Positions 61,007 through 64,000 of a stretch of DNA of 64,000 nucleotides are shown in pieces; position 1 is the stretch's first letter; each line of letters opens with the position of its first letter. The position numbers were made by a program, and so were the translations under genes. The DNA lies in assembly GCA_002633005.1 (NCBI GenBank), contig NMRA01000039.1:1220335-1284334 (forward strand), given 5' to 3'. The notes beneath the pieces are model-generated. The model was not told where the DNA came from, made no database searches, and was given only the letters and a program-made list of their open reading frames with translations. This stretch comes from Phoronis australis (Eukaryota > Animalia > Phoronida).

Positions 61007-64000
61007 AGTCCTGGGATATTTGAGATTTCGTTCCTAATCTCTATTGACAAGTTGTCTTTCGATTTACTAAATAGGGACACCAGTGACAGTGGGACTACGT
61101 TAGATATCAACGCGAGTAAACCCATAACAATTGAAAGCAACATATTATTCCGTGGCAGTATTTCGTTGATAATAAACGAGACGCAAAATGGCAATATTGT
61201 GATATCCCGAATCAAGCGTGGACCACATTATGACGTGAAAGTCTGCCTAGCAACCAAGAAGCCTGCTTCCATCTGTTTCATGTGTTAATTCAGATGTATC
61301 TTGCAACTCCGCGTTATGCACTAAACGACACTAGATTGTACACAGAGTTGAATGTCGAGCTCATAAAGGGTTGTAAATGTACGATTGTATGACGAACATT
61401 TACCAACAAAACTAATAAGCGCCAGTGTTGTTTCTCTGGTATTGATTATTGTGTCCGACTCGCTCTTGGCCATAATCATCAAAGGATTCCGACGGGCGAG
61501 TTCATTACCCGCAAGTGGGGTTAATTTAGCGTTGAAATTTGTGACACGAAACAACATGTCCAATTAAACACAAACTTGTCATTTTATGTTGCATCCACGA
61601 AATGCTTTCATCTTCTCTACTGAAGTAAACTTATATTCAACGGTTTTTGATTAAAAATCTACTTCCTCACGCCAATCACCCTCGCAGTGTGTGAGCTTTG
61701 GAAACTAACCTAAATAAACAGTAAAACATACTCTGGGCGGAGATAAAATAGACTGGTGTTTGGCGTAATCGGCTCCGCCCCATCCCGCCTATAATGTTTG
61801 TTCAAGTGAAAGATCAGGTTGCCGCTCAAAAGATCAAATACATCTCCATCGTTCACGGCTGTCGTACATTACGTCACTGCGATTAGCGATTTCCGGAAAA
61901 TATGTGCCGAAGATTGACGGCGGGGGGGTACTTTCCGTCTTTGCTAGCTACTTACTTGCGAGNGGGGGGGGGGGAGGGTGTCGCATTTCTGTCAAGTCGA
62001 TGTGGACCTTTGCTGACAAAAAATCTGGAGGAGTAAAAAAAGAAAAAAACGTACCACCGTCGAGCCCCCCCTGGGTGCGCGCATGGAGTTCTTGGCTTGT
62101 AACGTGTTTGACTCGTTCCCACAGTCAAGTTGCATTAATGATAATAATATTGGTTGAGGCCAGTTAGAAGCAGGAAATGTGTCATGTACTGTCATGTAAA
62201 GTGGGCATTACCTTACGCATTCTGTTCTATTATGTTTGACTACTGTACCTAAAATTTGTACCGAAATGTCGTTCATGCTCCACTCCAGTGTCGTTTTTAT
62301 CGTCAACTTGCATTGCAAGGTAGGTTGAGGGACGAAGTGATGCATGATAATACCTCGCACATACTTGTGTGATTTTGGTTTTTCGTGTGAGCTTGGCTGC
62401 ATTGCGTCTGAGAGTAACATTTCATATTGGAAGGTCAAGTTTCGTGGCCAGAAAAGCGAAATCACACTGGTCCTCGCGAATTATCGCTATTTATTACTTT
62501 GAACTCCAGTTTAGGATTACGAGCAAATCACGTGACATCACTAGCCTTACTCGCCTCGTGAATGACTGCAGCTTAAGAACGTGTTCCCCAGACCACGATC
62601 CTGAATGCACACCTGCAAGCAAAAATGCGCAGGAAGCGTCTAACCTAAAGCCCTGACGTCATTGGGTCTTATCGTTGTCGTTTTCTAATCAGCCAGATGT
62701 GTGTTGTCGTTTGTTTTCGGTAGTAGGCATAACATTGCGGGTTTACAAACTTTCAGTTTGAAAGTCGGACAAAATCGACATTTCTTGCATGTGGGCGGTC
62801 GAATCGGACACGTTTCCTTCGAATGTCCGATGATTTGTTATCTCCTGCATAAGCCCCGGCGGATAAAATTATGGTAAAGTTCGAGCAAATAAATAGGAAT
62901 GACATATAGAAGCCACATGCTGCGAATGAAATATATATAAAAATTTATACAGGGATCAGTTTTAAAGGACTGAAAAGGTGACTCGTGTCAACAATTCACG
63001 CTGGAAAGTAAATGAATTTTCAGTTGCCGGATAAAATCGAAACATTTTCATGCAGCCCAAGTAACCAAGGATGTAAGACTAGGTTAGACTGAGATCCCTG
63101 ATGCACTAGCATTGACCGACCCGAAAAGATGAACAAGTGGCAAATTAGAAGATGACTATTTTTATGGTACACATAGACAGTACCTGATTGACAAGTGCAA
63201 GCCCGATATTTATACTCGAAGAATCTCACTAATTGTATTTGTTTTGAAGATGGCTATTAGGAAAGCCGTGATTACTTTTCAAGCGTAAAGTTTTCGTGCA
63301 ACATTCGACGTGTAATAAGTACATTAGCTGATTAAACAGTACTACGGGAGATAGTCCCAAAGCCAGATTTGCCCGGCACCGCACCCCCCGCCCTTTCAGG
63401 TGGCCGTCGCCATTTTCGAACCCGTTCGTCACATGCGGATTTTGAAGTGTATGATGGTCAAACCCAACAAAATTTTCCAAGGATGCGAGGTGAGACTCTG
63501 ACTGAAGCTTTACCGCTCCGAGTATTGTTGACTATTCCGAAAGTTCACTACTCCAAAGTTTCACTACTCCGAAGTTAATCATGGGCGGCGCACCATAGGG
63601 GGCTGCATGGGGGCACTTTTTTAGTGCTGCGCCGCCCATGAGTTTCACTACTCTGAAGGTTCACTACTGACCAAATGTCTGGTAATGAGGCGGAATTGAC
63701 ATTTATAAAGTATTGTATTTGTGTCATTTAGTACTGGCAGGGACTGGGTAACCACGTAACATGTAATTTCGACTGGACCGTATGCGTGGACCCATGGGCG
63801 GCGCACCATAGGGGCTGGGGGGGGGGGGGGGGGCTATAGGCCCCCACTTTTTTCAGTGCTGTGCCGCACATGGTGGTTCCGGTGCAGCGTGGGTGACGTT
63901 CACCGACTTAATTGAGGCTAGGAACCAATCTCAATTCATCATCACTGAGAACGTAGTAAACGGGGTATCCGGGGAAAAATGCGGTCCGCCTGTGTAAGAG

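Overview
This is eukaryotic (invertebrate-like metazoan) genomic DNA: AT-rich, with spliceosomal introns, dense repeats and a few small N gaps. Most of the supplied ORF track is noise, so genes were rebuilt by hand from GT-AG exons in consistent phase. Genes: (1) a TMEM163-like cation-efflux transporter (+, 7 coding exons at 6548-19608, last exon unresolved); (2) SDHAF3/ACN9 (-, 2 coding exons); (3) a divergently transcribed ~536-aa orphan gene (+, 7 exons, 29859-45759); (4) an intronless, highly atypical class A GPCR nested antisense in an intron of that orphan; (5) a fragmentary coiled-coil gene or pseudogene (-, ~47.8-49.7 kb); (6) Sp5/buttonhead (-, 2 exons) with clustered TCF/LEF and GC-box motifs upstream. 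Mobile DNA: a decayed CR1/L2-type LINE, an internally deleted Academ-like element, two Kolobok-type relics with P2X7-like remnants (one also THAP, the other bounded by TIRs and a TTAA duplication), several MITE families with 5-bp target duplications (hAT5-like), foldback MITEs, tRNA-derived SINE heads and a 4x89-bp tandem repeat. No CRISPR array, rRNA or prokaryotic system is evident. All family assignments come from motif recognition, not database searches.
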